From the NCBI GenBank assembly GCA_051362555.1, contig CM120640.1, positions 26,894,225 to 26,958,224 on the forward strand: DNA of 64,000 nucleotides, written 5' to 3'. Shown one piece after another: positions 25,874 through 38,815 of the stretch. This DNA comes from Lingula anatina (lineage: Eukaryota > Animalia > Brachiopoda). Every line of letters starts with the position of its first letter. Within the stretch, counting starts at the first letter, position 1. The notes below the pieces were generated by a model that ran no database searches, was not told where the DNA came from, and saw only the letters and a list, made by a program, of their open reading frames with translations. The position numbers and the translations under genes were made by a program.

Positions 25874-26909
25874 TCAGGATATAGATGCTAGTCGGTGATA
25901 ATGTATTTTTAAGAAAAGTCCACCTGGAAAGGATTTTTTTATAAAATTGACGGAACTGCTGGATTGTTCTTGTTGACATTTTTATTGTTGTTTTTGTTTC
26001 ACTTTTTATGCTTGAACACAGTGTGTGGCATAGGGGAAATACTAATATCAGTATTTTTCTTTCATAATTATTATTATTATTGAAGTCAATTGTGAACAGC
26101 ACTGACCACATTCATGGCTATGTTAGATATACAGTTTGGTGAGCAGCGAATGCCCTTTCAATTTCCAACAAGATTATGTCAACCTTCCTTGATCGAAGAA
26201 AGCCAATCTTCTTTTTACTGGAGAGCTTCCATTCTTATGATTAGCACCTTGGCACGCGTATGGGTCATGTCTCTTTTCTCTGGTTAGAGTAAGGTTACTT
26301 GCACTTCATTCACAGAGCTATTGTTTTATGGTTGCAGCATAATCTCATGGTGGTAACAAGTGAAGTAAATTTTAGTGGAGACATGATGAAGTTTGTAGAA
26401 ATGTTCCAGCATCACTGCAGCTATGCATTTCAGTTAAAATGATTCAAACTTTTGCACAACTAAATGTAATGTTGTTGTTGAAATTTTACACCAGTTTTGG
26501 GGTTCATTTCATATCTTTTCATGAAGTGGTATTTTCCCTTGCTTGTTGGTAGTTACTTTGATTGAAAAAAAAGTTTCTTTTTTTAATAGTCATTTTTTTT
26601 GTTGATAGTTTTATTGACTTAAAAGTTAATTGTGTTAAATATTGGTTTACAGCATATGTTAGTTGAAATATTAGAGGCACACTTTCCAGTAGGTAGGTGT
26701 TTAATTTTTAGTGCCCTTTGTGGCAAGAAAGTGAACAGTAAAAAGTGTATTGTGTGTAAAATAACTGGTTATGATGCTGCTCTCTGTACTTATAAGGAGC
26801 TGTTTCTTAAAAAAAAAGTTGTAGTTTTGGCTTCATGATGGCAGTGTAGATAGAACATGTTGCATAGTAGACCATCAGGTGGGTCACTTTTCAACCCAGT
26901 ACTTTTTTA

Positions 26910-26911
26910 TT

Positions 26912-26950
<39 letters not shown>

Positions 26951-26953
26951 TTA
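26910..26953. repeat. (TTTA)n microsatellite
   Basis: Direct reading of the sequence. Confidence 0.95.
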
Positions 26954-29593
26954 AGGCAGAAGAACAGAAGTTGTCATAATCTCCCCTATGTGAAGCTATT
27001 TATGTTAGACACAAATAACGTTGGCTATACTTCACAATGAACAATGTTGTGACCAGTAAATGTTACTTTTGAAGTAAATATAGGGAACTCCCATGTATTA
27101 CAACATTCTTACTGTTTCCTCATATGTAGAGTTATAAAAGTAGTGTATAATTTGATATATCTGCCTGCATACCAAAAAATCACCAGTCAGAGGCGCTCCT
27201 TCCAATACTCACTTTGAATCATTAGCATGATAACAAATAAGTCATCAATTATACCTAATTTAAAAAAGGCCTCTCAATGAGATGTCTTCATTATTTATGA
27301 TCATCATAACTTATTATTTATTATTATATATGGTTTTGCATGGTGTTTAATCAAATGGCCTTATGATCAGGTGAAAATAATTAAAGACATTTAAGGTTTA
27401 ATGAGGTGATTATATAGTATTTCCATCTTTTGGTTGCATTAGGTAAGACTGGGGTCTATTTGGTCAAAGATTATCATAAAGTGATAAAATGTAGAACAAA
27501 TAATGGAATGACTTAAACATTTGGATTCTTTTTTATTCAATGAAAAGTTTTAACTAATGCTTTCTGAAAAGCAGTAATAAGCATTATTATGAATGTGGAT
27601 TGTCTTTTAATGCGTCTGTATTTTACAAGTACTTTTAAACAAAATTAGCATTCAAGGTAATCTCTAATTTATTTTAACAGTCTCCGTATTTTTCAGTTCT
27701 TATAACCTATCAGCAGTCAAATTATTTAATCTTTTCAGTACTATTGCGTTCACCTTAAGACAGTGTCAGGTTTGGTTATTTGCCAATACCAAATAAACCA
27801 GTAACAGTAAGCCAAGGCGCCATTCCATGTTTGTTTATGTCTATTTTTTTCCTAATAAATCGTTGACATTGAAAAATAAAGTATGAGTTGTGTTCTTGTA
27901 TTTTAACGAGGAATTCCATTATGACGAGAAAGTCGTCTCTACTATAGTGCTCTAGTGGAAGTTTGAGATGCACTGCGCTGCAACAATTGTACCTTTTCAC
28001 AACGGGAAAAACGCTAATTACTTTCATTTTCATGCTGTAGTAGCCTAAGTAGTCTATCATACCTGCGCATGGGAAAGGGGCCAAAGATTTTTATTCTAAA
28101 GTCGAAAAAGAGTGACACAGAAGAATAATGGCTATAAAAAGGGAGTTTTTTTAACCTGTTTTTATTATTATTCTAAAACCATTTTACGGGAAACAATTAT
28201 TCCCCTTAATCTTTAGAAGGTATTCCATTTAGAAAACGACTTTTCTTGTCTACGGCCCTACGACGTTGACTTATTCAGATTCAGAAATGGTGACATACAA
28301 GGTCTCGATACACTGGGTTCTCCTGTCAATTGTTTTTCAATGGGTCTAGTTTTACGGTGGACATGCTGTATTCAGAGTCGACGAGTTTCGTTCAAACCCT
28401 TTCATATTAGTAGTATAGCGTTGTCCTATTCTCACTTCTAAAATCGGTGTTATCAAAAGCTAGCCTACTTGAAAATTCAAGGCAACTCGCCATTATAACT
28501 GAAATGTCCTTCTCAGGTCTCTGGTCGTTTTATGAAGCATGAATTGTGAAAGCAGATCCGACGAGACATTTTAATATATTTATTATTTATGTTCCTGGTT
28601 AGTTTATATCAAGTGATATTACGAAGAAGAGACTGATTCCAGGCATATAATCCTTGCAATATTCGCACCCACATTGCTCGACAAAATTGGTACTGTCCAA
28701 GAGTTGGACGTTACCTCGTGTGATAATGTTTCAATATTTCTTCATTTTCGTTGATGCATAGTTTTTAATACATTACTAAATGAATAACGTACAAAAGCAA
28801 CCCATGATTTTTTATTTATTCGTTTGATCGTTTATTTGTTTTGAAGCTCGTGTTTGTTTCATTCCACAATACCAATGCGGTCGCTGACCTGAATGAACCG
28901 ATGAACGCATAGCGTGCAGCAGTACGGAAATGTGGGGACACCGGTTCCAAAATGTTTTGTGACATTAAATCGCGTGACCAGATGAAGATTTGCTACCCGA
29001 TCGTCCAGGTCCTCATGCGAGGTAAAGTAAGAGTCAATTATGTCTCAATTTACCCACCAATGTCAAAATGATATATGGTGTATATGTACATAATATTCTT
29101 TGGATATCTCCACGAGAAGGATGAAACTTTCGTGTCCCATTGGCACGCGTACGTTGACCTGACTGGTCCCAACAGCTATGCGACCAGTGGTGGTCTTGAA
29201 TACAAAAATATCATTCATGGAAAGACGTGAAATTAGCACCCAACAGGATAAACTATAAATACTACGAGCTTGCTAAAACACTAAAAAGTGAAAATAAAAC
29301 TAAGGATTTCTATAAGCCCTTCCTTCACAACTCATAGACCTACATCCACGTAAAAAAGAGAATCTTAAAATAAGCTATACAAGAATCAATTTTTCAGATT
29401 GTAAAATAATTTTGAGAACTGTTTATCTCATCATGTTTTCCACCCCTTATATCTTTAATCATATTATATTATATACATTACGAGCAATGGTGAAAATAAG
29501 CAATACAGTCTGAAAAAGGAAGGGGAATCTAATATCATTTATCATAAGACTCTACAAAACCATAGTGTTTTGCCACCAAAAAGACCAAAACGC

Positions 29594-29626
<33 letters not shown>
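29594..29626. repeat. (AAT)n microsatellite downstream of the ZP gene stop
   Basis: Direct reading of the sequence. Confidence 0.95.
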
Positions 29627-29769
29627 CTTAAAAACTTTTCTCTTCACCGTCATACAAAAGTTTCTTAAAACAGTTCTCAGTACAAAACTGTCGTAACTAC
29701 GTCCCACCGCTTGACATCATCACATCACAAAATTATAACGAATTAATAGTCCACAAACTTAGGTTCCAT

Positions 29770-32700
29770 TTAAACCGTTCTTTGGACAGATCTGGGCCTT
29801 GATCTAGAATCCCTGGATTTTTTAACGCTCTTGGTAGTGTTTGGGCGACTTCTGAAGTATCTAATGGTCAACACTGTCACGATGACGAAGAGGATGACAA
29901 TGATGCATCCCAGAACGGTCATGCTGATGATGAAGCCAATGCTTTGAAAACACATTGAAGATTTCTCTGATTGGTTCTGACAGAACTGTGAGCCTGTAAA
30001 TAAAAGAATAAAAGCCCTGGTTAAAACATGTCGTTATAATAATGATAATTATAATAATCTCTAATTTAATTGGTGTTTCTCAGGTTGTTTCAGCTCAGGG
30101 GATAAAAAGGTCCACTTTTCCAGAAAAGAACCTCTTTCTGAAATTTCTAAAAATCTTTTTTGTCTGGTTAAATTGCATCAAATAGTTCATTGGGAGCTTT
30201 TGGGAATCAGTCTACCAATAGTTGTTATCTACCCATTATGCATAACGGAATATTTCGCGTTGAATGAGTTAACAAGACATATTTTAATATTCGGTGAGTT
30301 CAGAGGAAACTGGAAACTCAGCTCTTTATAGCCAGCATGGCTCTGCCGTATACAGATAGATGCCGATAGTAGAGACGTATTTTCAGTATCCTGTGAATAA
30401 AGATTGTTCTAAACACGGACATTACTTGCATAATCACCGGACGACAGTATCCGCACTGGTTGACTGGTCACCATCGTGCTGTTAACAAGTGATCTCTTTC
30501 GACGACCCACCGGCGTACATGAGGACTGGAAACAAATAAAATTGTGTTGACTTCAAAAAGAAAGTGTATGAATGCCTGACTTATTACTTTTTTCATTTAT
30601 TCCATTGTACTGCAAAATAAATTTTAAAATGACAATGTAAACTTTCTCAAATTAGTGTGTAAAATAAGCGTAATACATTTTCACACGAAGTAAAATAACT
30701 AATTTTGTTACATACCAATTCAAAGATACCAATGAAGTACTAGAAAATCTTATATTCTAATACATACGACAGAACAGCATATTGAACTGAATAAAATGAT
30801 ATTATCTTCACAAATCAAGTTATGTGAAAATGAATGCATGAATGCATTGCGTGATACAGGTTAACTGATTCATTTCCTTATTGTGGGTTCCATAGCTACT
30901 TACGCCATCACAGCGCCCAGCAATTGGACACAGTGCGAAATCGCAGGCAAATAATATGGTGTTTTTCTGCGTGAAAGCAAAAGCCTTGAAAAATGGGGAA
31001 ATAGATTCATATCCAACTGTCGTAAATCCCTCATTGCTCTTAATAACGTCTCCCTGACCGCATCTGTGTGGGAAAAGACACGAGTATTACATGTCTGTCA
31101 AAAATTAATTTTTTTCGCATTTCCATTCTAGATTATAGCGAGCGCAAACATTTTCGACAACCTTCTCCAGCAATATGGGTCATTTATAAAAAAAAATATC
31201 TGTTAAATTCAAGCAATAAATAAAAACAACACTTTTTTCACTGAGATTTTGATAAACGGATCCATTATAGCTACATATTGAATATTTCCTAATATGCTAT
31301 TTGTCAAAATTTGATATTACTTCATTTTTCTTCATACATACAGTACACACGCGCACATATTACCCATGCTGTCTTCTTCTATCTATAATTGATGACTAAG
31401 TAATCAAATCAAATTATCGACTGTCAAGCTTTGCATAAATTGCACTATTTCACTCTTTCACTATGGACCATTAAAGATTACATACCCGGCCACTAAAAAG
31501 AAATGTTGTAGCGTAAAAGGCTGTGCATCTCGAGCTTCACAACCTATTACCATGAGACCCTGTTCTAAAATTAAAAAATATATATATACATGACTGAATT
31601 ATATCAAATGTCAATAAACAAACTATATCCAGAAAATAATTTGCAACTTTTTCTACAGTCACAGAATCCTTGGTGTCGTAGGACGCCTTTAGAACGCCCG
31701 TGTGTCTTTATCTAACTTCAAACCAAAGGAACTCATAATCAACTCTTAGTCACTTTGACTCTGAAAGTTATGTTAAATTCGGTTACCTGCTGGGGCGTTG
31801 TTTTTGTAAATAGCAAGCAGTCGGATTGGGTGACCTAGAACCACTGACGTCACTGTGGTATTCTGAGCGTCCACCACCGTCAAATCCAAGGTGCCGCTTG
31901 CAAGGGCCGCGCCGGGTTCCACCTTAGGTATAGTACTCGACTGCCTGCAATGTAATTGTCTTGCTAAATTTCATAGTTTATTGTTTAATGAATTTGTGAA
32001 TTTGTTCAGTATATCAATTATAACGTGAACCAAGTCGTATGCGGCATTTCAATGAGAATAACCTTTTCTTGTCAGTTATACTCTAAATCTCCCCCTTAAA
32101 AAAAAAAAAACTTACCCTATAGTTATGGTCGCGGGGTTGTTAGATGACCCCTGACCTGTGACGATGTATGGACATGTTATGGTGTAGACTTGATCCGATA
32201 CCACTCTGGTGTTGGCAGATTCCTGAACCACTATGTTCACAGAATAGATCTCAGCATTGCCATGTTTCTGTAAGGCAAAGTTGAACATAAATATCTTAAA
32301 AGTGATTTCTACTGAAATGGGAAAGACTTCGGGCGATTTATTTATTTATTCAGCATTTTCACTGATCAAACGGAAAAGATGAAATAATGAAAAATAAAGC
32401 AAACAATTGACAGAAAACAAATATAAATTTTGTATAGGCCAAGATAATATAAATAAAATGTAGATTAAATGGAGTCCGAGGTATTATAATCTACTGAAAT
32501 GTATACGGAAAAGGCAAAAAAGAAGCGTACTGTGACCCTTCCATATGTAATTTATGTCACTTTAATGTAACATGATAAATTGTAAACATTTTAATTGCAT
32601 GGCATAAAAACACTTCACTTTTCTTCCACAATCGTTTCCATTATTTTGGTGTATGTTGGAAAAATAGTATCTGGTAACTCCAGTGCTGGTGTCGAACTCT

Positions 32701-33530
32701 TCGGTGAAATTACATGTTGCCGCTTTTCCATCAGCATAGACCTGTGCCGCGTCCGCACCGGAGTATGAGATCCCCCATTGACTTGACGTACCAGTTCCAC
32801 AACTCACGTCAACTGAAAAACGATATTGAACCAACCCCCATACGTTGTATTACAGCCATTTTTTGTGTGTATGAGGGGGGGGGGGTATAGTGACAATATT
32901 GAGGACTGTTATTACTGAGTATAGCTCCCTTCTATTTTTTCTGCTTTTAAGAGCACTTATATGCTTGTTATCAACTTTTTCAGATGACTTGCCTCTGGTG
33001 GCTTTTATTGGGTTTTTATTTCAGATGACTGGAATTCCAGTTTGGCATAGTTTGACGCATGACACGGTTTTAATGTATCAATGGAGATAAAAGGATAATT
33101 TGCATAGCTACTTGTAGTTAAAATGTTAGCAAAATGTTTAATTTTCAATATATGAATGAAAATAATATTTATCTATATTACATGCAAACTTGTGATAAAA
33201 TCAAATTGGATGATGATAATAGTACTTTAAAAAGCTATCTATAGCTTTTAAAAACAAAATTATACAATACTGTGATAATCATAAAACAAATTCAAGTATT
33301 ATTAACCAAAAATCGACACATAAAATGTCTATGACAAAATTAAAATATAAAAGTGAAGCGAAGTGGTGGCGCGAGCATGCCTTATGAAGTAAGTGGCATT
33401 TTTATGATTGAAAAAGAAATACACTAAACAACGAGCTCATGAAACAATACTTACAGCTATTGACTCCTGCACAGCGGACTCCCTGGAACCAAAATATAAC
33501 AAAAAGTTTTGCAAAAGGTTCGAAAAACAT
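29770..33530 (-). CDS. ZP-module type I membrane protein, VERL/VEZP-like egg-coat family, about 380 aa
   Basis: Exons 33530-33455, 32812-32619, 32267-32116, 31944-31787, 31564-31486, 31063-30904, 30525-30426, 29993-29770, in phase. Signal-peptide-like MFFEPFAKLFVIFWFQGVRC; ZP-N-like IYSVNIVVQE..SDQVYTITCPY; ZP-C-like FLVAGCGQGDVIKSNEGFTT..SPFFKAFAF..LFACDFALCPIAGRCDGSSC; furin site RRKR; TM helix IGFIISMTVLGCIIVILFVIVTVLTI; basic tail. Confidence 0.8.
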
Positions 33531-35427
33531 CGTGCACGACTGTCACAATGCAATACAAGTCGAACTACAGTCCACCATCGAATCTATTGAAACTTGATAT
33601 TGCAAAAGAACTGACAACAACGATGAGAAATGGGTTTTTGCCATGAAATCAAGTCTTAAATCCCTATCATGGGTCAACCCCTATTACCTTACTCTGAACA
33701 CGATCTTCTTTCGATACTTAAGATGGTCGAAACGTGAAATGTATCAAAAATATGATTTTAAAAGTTCAACTTAATTTTTCTAGATACATACATAATTTCG
33801 GCAAACTGTCCGGCGTAGCATGATGAAGCTACCTACCACAAAGACGCCCAGAATTAAGTAGATAACATATACTTTGCTCATCCCTGCTGAATTCATGAAA
33901 TCACTATTTTTTTCCCTTAACTTTGTAAGCTACTACAATACTTCCCAGCAGGTGGTGTTGACCAACAATGGCTGCTATGCCACTGAATATTACACCGAAC
34001 AACTAACATTTGATACTTCTCTTCCCGCATGCCACCTGTTTTTAGAATATCTTGATGAGAAAAAAATATCTGAAAATATAATAAATCGTTCAGCTCAGTA
34101 AAAAGATATCTGAAATGACAGTACCTTAAACCAACAGAAACATGCCAGAAAGAGGTATTGTAGCCACATTTGAATCGGTTTGAAGAAAACTTTTCAGTTC
34201 AAACTAAGAATTTTGCCCAGTATTCCTTCGGAGCGTTGCGTGTCTTTTGATGAAAAGGAGACGTCGTTGAAACTAAAAACATTTTCATTTTGAATCCTGA
34301 GGCTCGCTACCGGCACACAGTACAATACTGATATTTCACAGATATCCTACAGTCCACAATTACGGACGGCCCTAGGTCCGAAACTAGACTCAAACCACAA
34401 ATGGTGGTGTTTCGTGTCCTTCGTATGGACATAATTTTTCAGAAATATCAGCTGTTTTCTAGGTCGTTTCCCACGTTGAGGGTTTCCTTTCCTAGCCCCT
34501 GATGTCATCAAGTTATGTGAAAATGAATGCATTGCGTGACACGGCGACAGGCTTTATTACAAAATGCTGAAAAACGATGATGCAGAACCACTGTAACCAA
34601 GCCTTGGCAATTTGTTCGAGCATATCTCAATAGATTTAGCATTATTCCGTCTACAGTTCTTTTTATTCAGTTTTTGTGATATTCTTGTCATGCATCTTCA
34701 CAATGGTACATCAAAACGTGGGGTCCCGGCCCTTCAAACGGGTGACACAGTGATTGCAGGGCGTTATACTGGTCAGATACAGACAGGGGAAGAAAAATAC
34801 CCTCACTAGCATACTTAATTAGACCAATTTTGGCTCACGAACGTGACTACACTCTTTTTTTGTTGTGTTTTCTTGTTTCTATAGATTGCTGATGCTTTGT
34901 GCCCTAGGTTTACTTTTAAAGGGATTGACCCTCTGTCGACTTCGGGGTATTATTTTGTCGCAGCCTGGTGTTCCGCCGTGCGATTTTTTGTTCATCATCT
35001 GAACGAAAAATGATAAATGGTGCTTCGCATGAAAGGAACGAACAAAATAACAAACCAAAAATTCCTTGTAATGAACTTGATTACAACTCGCTGACATAGG
35101 GCAATCCTTGCGTCTTTTTAACTCCTTTTGACAAGTGATAAATGAATCTTCGACACAAAATGTTAACTTGGGGGTTAGATATCTTTTGATGCAGTGTCAA
35201 TACTATAGTAAGCCCCTACTGAATCACAAGGACTGCACTGCAGAATCATAAGAAATTTGAGGGATATAGTTCTCTATATCTCGCTCAAGTATTCAAATAC
35301 AAAACACTTCATAGAATTTAGTAAAGGTTATCCTTACGTACATCATAAAGTGACTTGGTGATATGTACTCTCCATCAAATATGCGAATTGCGAACATGCC
35401 AAGCAAAGTGAGTTTTAATGGATAATA

Positions 35428-35700
35428 TATTGATAAAGTTTCGAAGAGAATTAATACACCAACAGAACTGTACCGAAGCGTCTTTAACCCGATTAATACG
35501 ACGCCACCGGAGGCGTATAGAAGTGTCAGCTCCTTACTTTCGAAACAAGACATCTGTGCTTTAAGTATTGATAAAGTTTCGTAAGAGAATTGATACACCA
35601 ACAGAACTGTACCAAGGCATCTTTAACCCGATTAATAAGACGCCAACGGAGGCGCGTAGAAGTGTCAGCTCCTTACTTTCGAAACAAGACTTCTGTACTT
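35428..35700. repeat. Tandem duplication, 2 x ~138 bp
   Basis: TATTGATAAAGTTTCG...AGAAGTGTCAGCTCCTTACTTTCGAAACAAGAC starts at about 35428 and again at about 35566 with few substitutions. Confidence 0.92.
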
Positions 35701-37872
35701 CATGTCTGTGTCATATATTCGTTTCGTGAAGCAAAATTACGACGAGGTAAAATACTACTCCTTTAAAAAGGATGTAACTCACGCAAAGTTAGGCTGTATT
35801 TTTCATAATTTTGATACTTCTAGGTTCTTATGGAAAATACCACCTAAATTTAGACCAAACTGTTGCAACCTACGAGTGTGCATCAAAATCGGATTATGTA
35901 CAATGTACAATCGGATTATAACAATGATAGACTAACTGCACTTTATCCAAGACAAAAATCTAATACGTTATTATGTCCAAGTATCATGGTATGTAGTGTC
36001 TATTTTTCAACTTGTTATTCAAACAACAAAATTTAAACAAAATGTGCAATTTTATTCTTACAAACTAACAAGTATAGGAATCTGCCCTTAAATTTTTTAT
36101 CATTTATATTTCTTTACTGCAGCTAAACATAAAAGCAATTGCCGACTATCTAGTTAAAGCTAATTTGAAATAAAGAGACGATTTATTAAATACCACTAAT
36201 TTGTGTGAACTGAGAGCCGAAGATCGTGCACATTGTCATTTTTTTTCCAAATGAAAAACGACTATCTAAACTTTATTCTGTCTGCTCTCGTATCAAAGTG
36301 AAATGTGAATTCCACACGTTTAACGAAACGCGTTTATTTTTCACGAAACAAAACGTTTTAGCCCTTACTTAAGTTATTGATATTTCAAATATTTTTTTTT
36401 AATTTTTGGAAAAAGATTCCGCTTTGTGATTCATACAATCCGCACTTTAGCAGAGTTTCTGTTCATTTTTGATGCCATGAAAAAAATTCTTGGTCTTAAA
36501 TTTCCGTTATATGAAAAAATTAAAATCTGGTGTTAATCTGGGTAAAGTCTTTTATCGCGTGAAACATAGATAACATAAAAGTAAAAACACATATGAAGAG
36601 ATACTAAAATAGCAAAAACTATGATATTCATAATGCTCTTAAAGCGAATTTTGTAACCAAACTCTATTCCTTTAAAACTATTTCAAAGGCGTTAAATTTA
36701 AGGTGTAAAATAAAAGAAACTTACATTGTTGATTGTGTCCAACACCAATAACTACGTAAGACTGCAACCGCAGACAGTTTATATATACATCCCATTACTG
36801 TAAATTCCATAACTTTCTTAATTTTTCAATATAAATTTAAACAAAAGTTTGGTTTCTTTTAAATGGAATAACAACTCAAAATATTAATTGCTACTCTTAT
36901 GTTATAAAGTTACCTAAATAATTGAAAAAAAATCGTACTAACAACGAAAAACAAAAAGAAAAAGAGCAGTGTCATATTTTCTTTGAATTCAAAATTTACG
37001 GCAAAAATACAGCCAATGGCTTGTCCCATATAAAAATCATTTAAGAAAAAAAAAATCACATAATAAATCACCTGAAAGAAAAAAAGAAAGAAAGAAAGAA
37101 AAAAAAACAGGGGGGCTTACATACATAACTAGATATGGCATCTAAAATATATAAATTACAGTCATCTCAAATTACATAAAATTAAGTTCACCTTTAACAC
37201 TTATGCTGATTATAAAATTTGTACAAGTCTGAGGTTATTCAAATGCGGCTAACCTGTGGCAACTGATCCATAAAGTCAAAAGATGCAAGACAGAGTCAAC
37301 CTTAGTGCAATTCCATTAGGCATCACCTAACTTGTTGGGAGAAAGGTACAACATTTACAGATTGATAATTGTTATCTTAATCATATTTCTGATTAATTTT
37401 TGCCAAAGGCTTCACACTCAGCTTCAGTGATTAAAATTCTGTTTGAAGGAGTAGAAATTAGTAATGCTCAATTGAAAAAAAAAAAAAACAAACATTTCAA
37501 ATCATTCAATACATATGTGACAATGGCAGGTTTTGTAAAAGGTAAAGACCAGTGTCAATGTACGCAGAAAAAAAAGTTAAAGTAGATCTTGGTGCCCTTT
37601 ATTCTCTGACACGATATAACTTATTCAGCTGCCATGAAACCATTGCCGTGGAAATGATGAAGTGTTTATCTTTAAATAAGTATAGGTACTGATAAAATAA
37701 AACATACAATCATATCAAAAATATCTCAAAATATTGTTTTCAAAATTTCCCTTAAGTAAATCAAATATGATGAATGATATAATAATAAAAAATAACCAGT
37801 AAGAAAAAAGTAATAATGTAAAAATTAGAAACCAACAAAAACAGACTTTTTCATGACTTTTGATGTCCAGAA

Positions 37873-37873
<1 letters not shown>

Positions 37874-37938
<65 letters not shown>
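37874..37938. repeat. (TA)n microsatellite
   Basis: Direct reading; about 32 units. Confidence 0.97.
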
Positions 37939-37940
<2 letters not shown>

Positions 37941-38815
37941 CACTCTGTGCATGTGAACACAGGGTATGTTGTATTTTGTTTATTTTGGTTACCCATCAAT
38001 AAAGGACAACATCTTCTTTAATACTGGTATATAAGTACATGTACATTCATCCAGGTATGATCATAGTGCACTTTACATTCTTATTCTGGTGTCTTTAACT
38101 AGCAATTCAAATATGAGATCTGTGCAAGATAAAAATACAGGGAACAGAAGATGATCTTCTTTAAAAACAATGATTGTCTCTTGATAACTGGGTTTCAGCT
38201 TGCACTTAGTTTGTTTTGTAGAGAATTTATCATTTATGTTACTATGAGATCATTTGAATATCATTTTAAGTTATTAAAACATTGTCAATTTACACTAATA
38301 TCTTTTAATTTCAATTCATTGACAAGTTATTAAATTTCTTAAAGCAATTCAAAACATTAGTCGAACTTGGTGTAGTTGGAATTTTGATCCAATTTCACAA
38401 TGTGTATATAAAAAAAACCAAGCCACTTTGTTACACTAGAATCGTGCAGTGAGCATGTTTTTACCAAACCTTACACATTGAAATAAACACCACCCATACT
38501 TAGCAATGTTTACAAGTATCCTACATTTACATAATATCATAGACACATTAATGTGTTGTATATTATAGCTGTGTCTTATATATTAATGTGTTCTTTTATC
38601 AATCCAAACATTCTCTTTTCTCTAACATGTGCACACAACCAGTGTATAAAAAACAGTTTGTAAATGTCTTCTTCAGATTTTTGTTTACTTTTCTACCTAT
38701 TTGTATTCTTCTCCAAACCCTGGATTCCAACATTCATTAATTTTCAAAACCCCACTGTAATATCTGTTTGGTGTTTGAGTGTTTCCCCATACTGTGTTGT
38801 TCACTGAGTATATGA

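Noticed and set aside
28000-29300. CpG-rich segment with splice-like sites, possible extra gene or lncRNA
   Set aside because: No consistent open exon chain or recognisable RNA structure.
30296-30390. Possible extra ZP-gene exon after the acceptor-like TTATTCACAG
   Set aside because: It has an immediate stop in the required phase and no good donor; the model closes in frame without it.
33694-33740. Hammerhead-ribozyme-like CTGAAC...stem...CGAAACGT
   Set aside because: The core deviates from CTGANGA and stems I/III with a cleavage triplet could not be identified.
37715-37999. 94-aa ORF with a YI repeat
   Set aside because: Translation of a (TA)n microsatellite.
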